Both the position numbers and the translations under genes were made by a program. Positions 33,664 to 43,400 of a stretch of DNA of 57,746 nucleotides are shown piece by piece. The notes beneath the pieces are model-generated. The model worked only from the letters and a program-made list of their open reading frames with translations, ran no database searches and had not been told where the DNA came from. Location: positions 1 to 57,746 of the IMG/VR virus record IMGVR_UViG_3300014502_000007; one strand, 5' to 3'. This DNA comes from a virus. Taxonomy: Duplodnaviria > Caudoviricetes. Within the stretch, counting starts at the first letter, position 1. Each line of letters opens with the position of its first letter.

Positions 33664-35193
33664 TTAATCATGGAATAACTGATAAAACCCTCCACCTTCA
33701 CCACCAACCCACCAAAGATCAGGAACTAACAATGGAGATGCGCTTTTTTGTCTTACTTCTTGTCGGGTATCGGTAGTTACGCCATCGTTGCGTGCTCGCT
33801 GACGAAGTGGTGGTACTCCACCAGCAACCTCAATCCACCAGTCATGAATTCGAAGACCCGAACCATTGATGTTTTCCCAGCCAACTACGTCTAGATAGAA
33901 CTGAGAAGGTCCGGAGCCGAGATCTGCCAGAGAGCCGGTAAGGTTAATGCCGTTACCTCCGATCATAGGGCCGGTATCACAGTTAGCTGGCACCCCTGTT
34001 AGGGGACCCTCATACCCTAACGAATCTCCAAAGTACGCCGTAACTGCGAGGGAAGAAGAACCAACAATCCGTAGATTGATGAAATTGCCCAAGACCTGCG
34101 GTTGATCTTCTGTATACACTTCAAGAGATACTCTGACGAACAGTCTAAGTCTAGCGGGCATCCCTGAAAGAGTGATGCGACCGCAGTCACTGGTAGGGTC
34201 AAACCACTCATCCTGTACTGAACCTGCACTATTTTCAAGATAAGTATCATCATTCTGATCTGACATCCCTCCGCCAGTACCATCAATGTTCTGCCAACCA
34301 CGAGCATGGAGTTGATTCATGCCCTCATGATCGAAAATTGGTCGGAAGATCCGAACACCAAAAGTGGGCGTTACGGAACCGACCTTGTAGCAGATATCCA
34401 CCTCGCCTGAGGTAGAGCTGTTGTCGACGACGATCGTGTGCTGACCGCAGTCGGTAACCACATCAGTCGCAGTCCAGGTGATGGCCGGATGGGTGGTGCC
34501 AGTGGTGAGGTTGATGCCGGTCATCGGGGTACTGAAGGTGTTCGGGTAGTCCGTGGCGGCCGTGATGCTGTAGGCCTCTAGTGTCTCGATGCACCAGGTC
34601 AGTTCTTCAACGTTGGTGATGTTCAGTGTTGTGTTCGCGATGCCGTCGAATTCGCAACTGTAGGAGTGCTGGGCGCCGCTGGTGCCGGTCATGACCATGA
34701 CCCCGGTCAGAACATCACCGACGTTGACATTCACGGGAGTAGTGTAGAAGGAATGGCCGGTCGAGGCGGCGTACCAGCTCGAGACAGCCCAGTTTGCTCC
34801 GCCACCGGCGGCTGACGGCCCCCACTGAAGGACGGGTTGGTAGATCATCGTGGAGTTCTGGATCCCGCTGAACAGGAAGATCGTCTGTCCGTTGGATGTC
34901 AAGGGTTCTGGCGGTACTGTCCAGGTCGTTGCAAAGCGGGATACGGGGGTACCGATGTCGTTCGTCCACGATGCGTAGGTGATCCAGCCGCTGCCGAAGG
35001 CAGGTACGATCTTCTCTTCGGGTGCATAGATGTTCAAAGGGCGCAACGGTCCGTGATCGGCGAGCACGTCTCCCGTAAGACTCAGTTGACGGAGGCGACC
35101 CTGAGACGTGTCGATCACCGTATCCGCGGCCACGTGATGCACCAGTGCGGCGTCACGGTATCCGCCCGGAGTAAGAACGAGATTGTTCGGCAT
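33664..35193 (-). CDS. Tail-region protein with an N-terminal beta-sandwich (G1 peptidase/ConA-like) domain
   Basis: TTWTVPP, IFLFSGIQ, IYQPVLQWG, TLEAY motifs; elevated GC in the 5' half. Confidence 0.65.
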   Translation of the reverse strand: MPNNLVLTPGGYRDAALVHHVAADTVIDTSQGRLRQLSLTGDVLADHGPLRPLNIYAPEEKIVPAFGSGWITYASWTNDIGTPVSRFATTWTVPPEPLTSNGQTIFLFSGIQNSTMIYQPVLQWGPSAAGGGANWAVSSWYAASTGHSFYTTPVNVNVGDVLTGVMVMTGTSGAQHSYSCEFDGIANTTLNITNVEELTWCIETLEAYSITAATDYPNTFSTPMTGINLTTGTTHPAITWTATDVVTDCGQHTIVVDNSSTSGEVDICYKVGSVTPTFGVRIFRPIFDHEGMNQLHARGWQNIDGTGGGMSDQNDDTYLENSAGSVQDEWFDPTSDCGRITLSGMPARLRLFVRVSLEVYTEDQPQVLGNFINLRIVGSSSLAVTAYFGDSLGYEGPLTGVPANCDTGPMIGGNGINLTGSLADLGSGPSQFYLDVVGWENINGSGLRIHDWWIEVAGGVPPLRQRARNDGVTTDTRQEVRQKSASPLLVPDLWWVGGEGGGFYQLFHD

Positions 35194-35236
35194 AGCCTTA
35201 CTCCTTTGAGTCTGGTGGTCTTCTGATACTCATAGA

Positions 35237-37684
35237 TCAACTCCCTAATGGTGAATTACGGAATTGACCGGCAACCCGAGTAGATTGGTTACAGTACTCA
35301 GCAACCCACAAATATGGTGGGGATGTGGACTCCCAATCCCAAGATGATCCGTCCATCAACTTTCCAGTCAATGCATCACCCTCACTACCAGCGCCTGGCC
35401 AGTGACCTGCAGGTTGGTCAGATGCGCCATAAGCCTGAAGCAAACCAGCAGCCGTCAATTGGGTAGCCTTTTTAGTCCAAACTCTAGCAGCAGACAATGG
35501 GTCACCAACAAGATTCCACAAGAAATTAGACGTTATCGGCTGACCAAATATGGCAATGCAGAACTCGTGAGCATCGACTAAAGGTTCTTCTGACGTAAAT
35601 GCATTGTCGATTTGTGCATATGATGTCAACGCTGAAGAACACATATATCTCGTCGTGACAATGGTGCCTATCTGTCCGGCAGGAATACGAACGACAGTCC
35701 AGAAACCACCTTGTAGGTTGTGAAGCGGTATCTTACCGCCACCAGCCTCTTCATCCCACGGCACAACAGTAACCTTCGTTACCGCAGGAGACGGTGTTTT
35801 ACCAGCACGACGTCCTGGGTCAAGAGTATCTTTGTTACGTTTCATAATTGCAGCAAGAGTAGTCATGTCATGACCGAGATAACTCAACGTGAGACTAGCC
35901 TCTCCTCCAGGAGTAATCGAGGCCTGACTAATATGCAGAAGCAACCCGTCCTCAACACCAAGCAATTTAAGAGGTGGATACATGAATTTGGCGAATAGAT
36001 TCTGACCCGCTTTCATTTCCCAACGTGATCCTTCTTCTGGATCCATAGCCAACGTAGCAGAACCAACCCATAGTGGATCATAGATAGTTCTTGGTTGAAT
36101 TTCACCGAGGGCAAATGCTAGTCCTTCTTTCTTACTTACACCTGCTCCATAGTCTACAAATCGTCCAATAGCCAAATTAGACTTATTGTATTGCGGGTTA
36201 GGACCTATGATCGAGCCGTCAAGACGCTCAAGAAATTGCACATTCTCAGTAACTGCTGCCAATGGAGCGATATGGGCGCCATCTAGAGACGGAATAGACC
36301 CGCCACAACCAAAGAATGCGGCCCAAGTTTGTGCTCCAACAACGCCATCGACCGTGATTCCATAATTGAGTTGTGCGTTACGTACACTAGCGACATCACT
36401 GACCACATAAGTATCACCAGATACCATCCGATACCCATGAGTACGTAACTCATCAGCAAGAGCATCAAATCCAGTATGACCATCACCGGCTGAGAATACC
36501 TCGCCAACAGGCAATGGAAACAACGGTGCATCATCAATACGAACGCCCGGATACTTAGCGTTAAACCAAGAGCCTCCGTCTACGTCTACACCGCCTCCCC
36601 ATATCATTCCCATCATCTGCTGAAAATCATTGTCCAACTTCAATTTCAATCCAGGGTGACCTATAGCCATTGACCAATGTTTTGTTGTCTTGTCCTTCAA
36701 CTGAATACTAGGACGACGACCGGGAAGATTTGTGATAGTCCATTGGTTAGTTCCATCGGCGACGAAGGCTGTAGACAATAAACTTTGAACTGCCCCAGTC
36801 AATCGAGCATCACCAGTACCACGAATATTCGTGGTTATTCCGGTAACTGGACGATTACATGGCAGGAAGTGACGACTAATTGTCCCATCCATGATATCAG
36901 CAATCGCGGTACCAATATCTCTATGCATAAAATACAACTCTTGAATGTATGGAGTGTGATCAGCCTGATACAAAACGCCAAGAACATTAACTGTGATGCC
37001 CATTCCTTGTCCATCATGTCCAACGCCAACCACAAGTCCTTCAAATAAGGTCTTTTGGGTACCATTTTGACGATGGAGAATAATGTTGACATCAACGCCA
37101 CCGGCGATCCAAGCCAACTCGCCATGATTTGGCCGTTCAAACCAACTGACTTGAGGAAAGTGGATTGACGTTGCGGCATCGCCATTTGGTTCGTTGCTCG
37201 ACCATGGCCCCATCTCAGACGGATGGGCACGGAAATACGTGACATCCTTACCGTCAATGATGATCTGGATCTTACCCCAAACTTCACTGATCTTGTTGAC
37301 TGGTGTCCAGTTGACTGGGATGTGGAACCGTCCGAATATTGCAGGTTTGTTGAACAACAAAGATTCACGTCGCAACTCTACTTCAGAAACAGCCCAGGTT
37401 TGTGTTGCATTTATCGTGATGGTTGGATTTGGACTAACATTATCGCCAGACAGTTTAGGATGACCATCACCATCATTGAGAAGTACTGTACCCACAGGAT
37501 ACGGGGTATATGTATTATCGACCTGAGTTCCATCTGCTGAGTAAGACCCAACAGGAACGCCAGTGTCCACCGAAGTAACTATTCCACTATTTATTGAGAA
37601 AGTAACATCGACAGATGGAGGATACGGCAGAAGGAGTACTTCTGATGATGCATTAAAAACAATTGGAGCTACGCTTGTGGTCAT
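35237..37684 (-). CDS. Minor tail / baseplate protein with a peptidoglycan-binding motif
   Basis: Position in the tail block; VRNAQLNYGITVDGVVGAQTW. Confidence 0.75.
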   Translation of the reverse strand: MTTSVAPIVFNASSEVLLLPYPPSVDVTFSINSGIVTSVDTGVPVGSYSADGTQVDNTYTPYPVGTVLLNDGDGHPKLSGDNVSPNPTITINATQTWAVSEVELRRESLLFNKPAIFGRFHIPVNWTPVNKISEVWGKIQIIIDGKDVTYFRAHPSEMGPWSSNEPNGDAATSIHFPQVSWFERPNHGELAWIAGGVDVNIILHRQNGTQKTLFEGLVVGVGHDGQGMGITVNVLGVLYQADHTPYIQELYFMHRDIGTAIADIMDGTISRHFLPCNRPVTGITTNIRGTGDARLTGAVQSLLSTAFVADGTNQWTITNLPGRRPSIQLKDKTTKHWSMAIGHPGLKLKLDNDFQQMMGMIWGGGVDVDGGSWFNAKYPGVRIDDAPLFPLPVGEVFSAGDGHTGFDALADELRTHGYRMVSGDTYVVSDVASVRNAQLNYGITVDGVVGAQTWAAFFGCGGSIPSLDGAHIAPLAAVTENVQFLERLDGSIIGPNPQYNKSNLAIGRFVDYGAGVSKKEGLAFALGEIQPRTIYDPLWVGSATLAMDPEEGSRWEMKAGQNLFAKFMYPPLKLLGVEDGLLLHISQASITPGGEASLTLSYLGHDMTTLAAIMKRNKDTLDPGRRAGKTPSPAVTKVTVVPWDEEAGGGKIPLHNLQGGFWTVVRIPAGQIGTIVTTRYMCSSALTSYAQIDNAFTSEEPLVDAHEFCIAIFGQPITSNFLWNLVGDPLSAARVWTKKATQLTAAGLLQAYGASDQPAGHWPGAGSEGDALTGKLMDGSSWDWESTSPPYLWVAEYCNQSTRVAGQFRNSPLGS

Positions 37685-39184
37685 CTAATCCATCTCCCGT
37701 CTATAGACTATATATCCATCGGCTCCTAAGATAACAGGGTATGTCATAGTTACAGTATCCTCTGTTGTCAAGGTTACCGGTTCAGACAAAGGCGATGGTG
37801 CAGTTGCTTGGCCAATATCACCAACCCATGCGGCATATGCATAACGATATGTTCCAGCCGCCAAGTGACCATCCGCGGTGTCAGAGGCTACACAAATTGG
37901 AGCGACTATTGGATTGGGAATGCCAGGAAAGTCAACCGGTGGGGTTGGCGTAGGTTGAGCCGGATCGATACGTCCAGTAAGTAAAATGGATATCAAAATA
38001 TCACTTGGTTCACCCGTATAACCTTCAAGTGATCCGCCTTGAGATGATACACCAGATGCTTCGATAGAGATTGGCGCAAGGTTGAAGATTGGCGAGTGAG
38101 ATCTTGTGGATGCACCGATTGTGAATGGCGAATGATTGAAGATAGGACCATGTGATCTGGTTGACGCTGAGATTCGAATTGGTGATGGTGTAGCAGGAGA
38201 ATCCAAACCAGAAACAACTGTGTTCATATAGGTTGCGAAAGGCCAAGCGTCAATGTCATGGTACGTCCAATAGGTCCCATCAGGAGATGTGGAAACTCTT
38301 CCAACACCTTGAAGATAGCCTATGAGTATAAACAGATGAAATTCTACGGACCAAAGAACCTGTTCAACATGAAGCGCAAGGGATGAACCGTTTGTCCAGT
38401 TAATACCATCAACCGATTTAATGGTATCTGATCCATCATCAATGGCTAGGAACATTTCTAACTCAGGAGACCACGCAACAGTTTGGTCACCCTCACCCAA
38501 AGTTACTGCGTGTGTCCAATTGATACCATCAACTGAATATGCTATATCTTTGATGTATTGGTAACTCTCATTCATACCTCCACCAACAGCAACAAATACG
38601 CCAAGCAAAGAAGACCAAGCAAGGTCATAAATGCTGTTAGATCCAAAGCCACCGTCAATAGGTGTCCAGTTAATACCATCGGATGAATGGGCCATCCCAG
38701 GGTTGATGAATCCAGAAACCGCTACCATTAACCCTAACTCAGGAGACCAACAAATATTATTCAGTCCATAAGATAATGTCTCAAGACCACTTGACTGATT
38801 AGTCCAGACTATTCCGTCAGGAGATGTGGCAACAAATGCTGGATGAGTAGGACTAGGCGTGCCAACAGCGACAAATATAGACAGTTCTGAAATCCAAACC
38901 ACATCGAAGATATAACCGAGATCATTTGTTCTTGATGTCCAAGCAACACCATCTTGGGATGTAAGTATGCAACCTTTACGTGTCACATAATAGTCATTCC
39001 CACTACCATTCCCAACGATTACAAACAATCCCAATTCAGGAGACCAACACGAACCATAAGTGGCAATGTTCGCCCCAACGCCAAGGCTACCATGGGGCCA
39101 ATTAACACCATCGTATGAATATGTAATTGGGGCTCCGCCATATGGATATGATGGTGCTCCACCGGCGACGAGAATGGCCGCCAT
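37685..39184 (-). CDS. Tail protein with a 7-repeat Asp-box beta-propeller
   Basis: Seven SxDGxxW repeats alternating with WSPELG-like motifs; GGAG RBS before MAAIL. Confidence 0.8.
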   Translation of the reverse strand: MAAILVAGGAPSYPYGGAPITYSYDGVNWPHGSLGVGANIATYGSCWSPELGLFVIVGNGSGNDYYVTRKGCILTSQDGVAWTSRTNDLGYIFDVVWISELSIFVAVGTPSPTHPAFVATSPDGIVWTNQSSGLETLSYGLNNICWSPELGLMVAVSGFINPGMAHSSDGINWTPIDGGFGSNSIYDLAWSSLLGVFVAVGGGMNESYQYIKDIAYSVDGINWTHAVTLGEGDQTVAWSPELEMFLAIDDGSDTIKSVDGINWTNGSSLALHVEQVLWSVEFHLFILIGYLQGVGRVSTSPDGTYWTYHDIDAWPFATYMNTVVSGLDSPATPSPIRISASTRSHGPIFNHSPFTIGASTRSHSPIFNLAPISIEASGVSSQGGSLEGYTGEPSDILISILLTGRIDPAQPTPTPPVDFPGIPNPIVAPICVASDTADGHLAAGTYRYAYAAWVGDIGQATAPSPLSEPVTLTTEDTVTMTYPVILGADGYIVYRREMD

Positions 39185-39186
39185 AA

Positions 39187-39585
39187 CTATGCTCCAGATA
39201 CTTGACCGATACCACAACTTACGGTGATCTCAGTCTGGGCAACCGCAGTTTCGGTCTGTTCAAGTTGGTGCGCCATTCTGTATACACCATCTTCTTCAGA
39301 ATCCCAGCCACCCCAGTACGTATATGTTCCTGCTGGAGCATCAAACACTACTTCACTACTCCATGCGACACCAACCGTAGCGGGTTGTTTTACTGTTCCA
39401 AGAACACCTTCAACGCCCGCTGCAGTGAATGTTACTGCTAGACGAATATATGGTGGAGTACCTCCTGCCGCTTCGTTTGATCCATCAATACCGGGACTTG
39501 CCGTATGAAGTGATAGAAATTGAATACGTCCAGCCTCAAAATCAGCTATAGCATTCCGATCTGCATCAGCCATCAAAGTTGTCAT
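39187..39585 (-). CDS. Minor tail protein
   Basis: LSLHTASPG..GSNE..GG..Y.R motif typical of small tail-tip proteins. Confidence 0.75.
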   Translation of the reverse strand: MTTLMADADRNAIADFEAGRIQFLSLHTASPGIDGSNEAAGGTPPYIRLAVTFTAAGVEGVLGTVKQPATVGVAWSSEVVFDAPAGTYTYWGGWDSEEDGVYRMAHQLEQTETAVAQTEITVSCGIGQVSGA

Positions 39586-39597
39586 GGTGGTTCCTTT

Positions 39598-40011
39598 CTA
39601 TATGGGCATTGTGATAACGATTTGCCCGGCAGGAAGCCGTGCTGTCATACCAGCTTTCAACAAATATGGGTTTGTTATGCCATACCCAAGATACACACCA
39701 TATGGATCGTAGATTGTGTATCCAAGAATTTGACCCCAATCAACTGTTGCTTGTTCAAATACAACATCAGTTAACGACTCCATAGATCGAGAACCAACAC
39801 CCATAGACCCCCATGACCCTGAATCTGCTGGAATCCAGACTTGAGCATAGTCAATCGCACTCGGAGCAACCAATCCGGTTCCATTAACATCAGACGGAAG
39901 ATCAAGCGTCAATCCGATATTAAAACCATATGGAAGATTCCAAGATTGACCGGGAAAGACTGCCGAAAGAATGCTGTCAGCAAACGCATCACTGATGTGT
40001 CCGTTGGCCAT
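39598..40011 (-). CDS. Minor tail protein
   Basis: VFEQATVDWGQI motif; position. Confidence 0.75.
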   Translation of the reverse strand: MANGHISDAFADSILSAVFPGQSWNLPYGFNIGLTLDLPSDVNGTGLVAPSAIDYAQVWIPADSGSWGSMGVGSRSMESLTDVVFEQATVDWGQILGYTIYDPYGVYLGYGITNPYLLKAGMTARLPAGQIVITMPI

Positions 40012-40012
40012 G

Positions 40013-40450
40013 TCAGAACCCACTTATTCTGTTGTGAGGGACTGTAAAATAGACTATTTGAGTATGCAACTTAAGAAATCCAACATGAACAATCCCAGTT
40101 TGACCAACAGCCCAGTCGGCAGTCTCACATTGCCAGGTTCCGCTCAATCCGTCCCATGACCAAGCCAACATAAATCGGAATTGTGTCATCGCATCGATAA
40201 TGGTCTGACAATCAGCCTGAAGATTAGCTTCTGTAGATATAACGTGAACGGCAATGTTTCCAGTACGATCGGACTCAACAATACTGGATAGGTATCGTCC
40301 CTTGACCATCGGACTGTCTGATGTAACACGAGTGTGTCCAGTTTCACCAGCACCAAAAGTTCCATCTGGGAGATAATATTTATCCTTCTGTTCCAACTGA
40401 AGATCGGATAAACCAAGTTCTGTTCTTGATACTACTACTGATCTACTCAT
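40013..40450 (-). CDS. Distal-tail-like minor tail protein
   Basis: Immediately after the tape measure gene; ATGA overlap. Confidence 0.65.
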   Translation of the reverse strand: MSRSVVVSRTELGLSDLQLEQKDKYYLPDGTFGAGETGHTRVTSDSPMVKGRYLSSIVESDRTGNIAVHVISTEANLQADCQTIIDAMTQFRFMLAWSWDGLSGTWQCETADWAVGQTGIVHVGFLKLHTQIVYFTVPHNRISGF

Positions 40451-43400
40451 ATCCCCAACCCCACAATCTGTGTCGAGTCTCCGCCTTCAGCCAATGACAC
40501 CATTGTGTTAGCTGCTCTAGCTCGACGTAGAAGACTATCTCCGTCCTGAATAGTGCCGATATGGAACTCGACTGGACGAGGAGTAGTTTTAGTTGTAGTT
40601 ACTGGTTTTGCAGCAAGTGCTGCTGTTAAAGTATCAGCTAACGTTTTTGCAGAATTGGCGGGAAGTGTAAGACCAGTTGATACAGTATTAGCATTAGAAT
40701 ATGTTGTGCCAACTGAGATTGGCTTAGTGGTCAACATACTCCCTAGTTGTCCAGCACCTTTTTGCACATTTGTCAAATCCAATACCGGCGTAATCGTCGG
40801 GTTAATGTCAATTGGTTCAGACATAAGGTCTGACATTCCACTAATAGACTTCCGCATTGACTCTATAGTCGCATGACCAACACCTTCTGCCGACTTTTCT
40901 GCGACTCCAGAATATGAAGTCAATCCATTACTAATACCTTGAGCCAAATCCATACCAAACGTGAACGTTTTTGTCGAAGGAGATTTAGCACCTAAAGCAT
41001 CGGCCATCTTTCCAAGAAGGAAGCCCATCGGCCCGCCAACACCATTTGCTACTTCGCGAATGGCAGCACCGAAACCATCCTTGAGACCCCTACCTAGTGA
41101 CACCATCAACTTTCCAGCAGCTTTTCCTATTTCTGTTGAATGTTTGTCAATCGCTGTAGAAAGACCATTAATGAAATTGAGAATACAGGTAGCAGCGGCA
41201 TCTAGAATGTTGGCAATGTTTTTAGGATCACTAATACCCTCAAGGAACTTAACAATTAGATCAGCACCTGCAGTAATTATCTTACTGAGATTACCAGCGA
41301 TACCTTCAATAAACTTGACGATAAGGTTAGCACCTGCCGTAATGATCCGACCTATATTATTAGCGAGACCATTTAGGAAGTTCACCATAACATTTGTTGC
41401 TGACGTAACAATCGTACCAATATTAGCTGCGATGCCTTGACATAGCGCGACAATGAAGTTAACACCCGCTGTAGTTAACCTCGGAAGAGCAGCCGTTAGA
41501 GCTGTAAGGAAATTCACAATAATGTTTGCCACAGTTGTGGTGATATCACCAATGTGGTTTTGGATACCTGTAAGAAGATCTTGGAGAATCTTCCAACCCG
41601 CTTCAATTAACTGTGGTGCAATGACAACTAATGCAGCGAGCAACATCACAATGAGACGCATCAATGTGGTGATAATCAACGGTGTCAACGTTGCTATCGA
41701 CGTGATAAGAGCCTGAAGAATAACAGTAATTCCCTGCGTAATCGCCGCACTAGACTGTGCAATTACTATAACTAATAGTATAAGACCTTGACCAACCTTC
41801 TGAATGACCATTGGGATTAAGCCAACAAGACCTGCAACAATAGCCACAAGAGTTGCAATGCCTGCTGCGCCAGAGATACTAAGAGCTGTGAGACCTACCG
41901 AGAACAGAGAAAGACCAACGCCAGCGGTAAGCATTCCTACACCAAGAAGGAGAACCGCCATACCCAAACTAAGAAGTGTTGGCACCATTGGCGTAAGTAA
42001 GAGACCTGCAATACCAAGTACCGCAAAGACTCCAGCAAGCATGAGAAGACTTTTACCCATCTGTTCCCAAGACATGTTCCCAAAGACCATAAGAATTGGT
42101 GCAAGAACAGCAAGAGAGGCCGCAATAACAAGTAATGCCGCAGCTCCAGGAAGCGCTCCCGTCATTGCATACATCGCAATAGCGATAATACCAAGCGAAC
42201 CAGCAAGAACAATAAGACCCTTGCCAATCACTTCCCAAGACATTCCACCCATTGTTCCAAGTGCATTCGCAATTAGACCAAGAGAAGATGCCACAATAAG
42301 AATTGCCGCTGCAGAAAGCAGTGTCGACGGCGGCAGGAGCGCGAGCGCTGCAGCAATTATACCTAGAGCACCAGCAAGAGACACGAGTCCCTTACCGATA
42401 GCTTCCCAAGACATTCCACCCATTGCGCCGAGTGCTGTTGCAATTATCCCTAGAGAAGATGCAACAATAAGAATGGCGGCTGCCGAAAGCAGTGATGACG
42501 GAGGCATAAGTTTTAATGCCAACGCCATAATCGCAAGACCACCAGCCATACCGACTAAACCCTTAGCAATATCTTCCCAACTAAGAGCCGCAAAGACACC
42601 CATAGCACTTGCAAGAATCTTGACTCCTGTTGCAAGCAAAATAAGCCCAATACCTTGAGAGATGCCACCTTTGTCCGTCTCGGCAAACTTGGTGAAAAGT
42701 GCCAGTGATCCCAGAAGAACTCCAACACCAACAAGACCTTTGGACATATCAGCCCAACTTAGGCCTGAAAGATCAGTTACAGCACTTACAAGAATCTTTA
42801 TACCTATAGCCAGAAGTAAGAGACCCGCCCCAGTCGAGACCATCTTCTCATTATTACCAGACATAGCCTTAACTGCGACTGAAAGACCACCAAGAAGCAC
42901 AGTAACCCCGAGCAGACCCTTAGACAACTCGTTCCAATTTAGATCAGACATTTTCTTAACGGCCGAGACCAGAATATCAACCGCGATAGCAAGTAGTATC
43001 ATTCCAGCAGCCATCATAAGCATTTGAAGACCCCCGCCTTTAGCGGCAATCTTCTGGAAAACGGTCATGGCTACAAACAATTGTGTAAACAACATAGCAA
43101 GACCAGTTAAAGCTGATGCCAATTTCTTTGGATCGATCAAAGAAAGGGCTACAACAGAAGCAGCAAGTAGAGCAACTGCTGCCGCAAGCATTAGTAGAGT
43201 CCCGGCTTTAAGAGAGTTCTGCATTACTCGAAGACTGTTTGTCAACTGGGTGATGGTCGCTTTGAGTGAAGCAATCACTGTAAACTTTGATTGTCCTGTA
43301 AACAATCCGACAACTTTAGTCTCAAAGTTACGAATCATAAGGAGACCCGCAGCGAATAGACCCGTATTCATCATACCAAGGACGTCGCCAGTCTTCATAC

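Noticed and set aside
33664-39184. Diversity-generating retroelement acting on tail genes
   Set aside because: No reverse transcriptase motif and no template/variable repeat pair noticed
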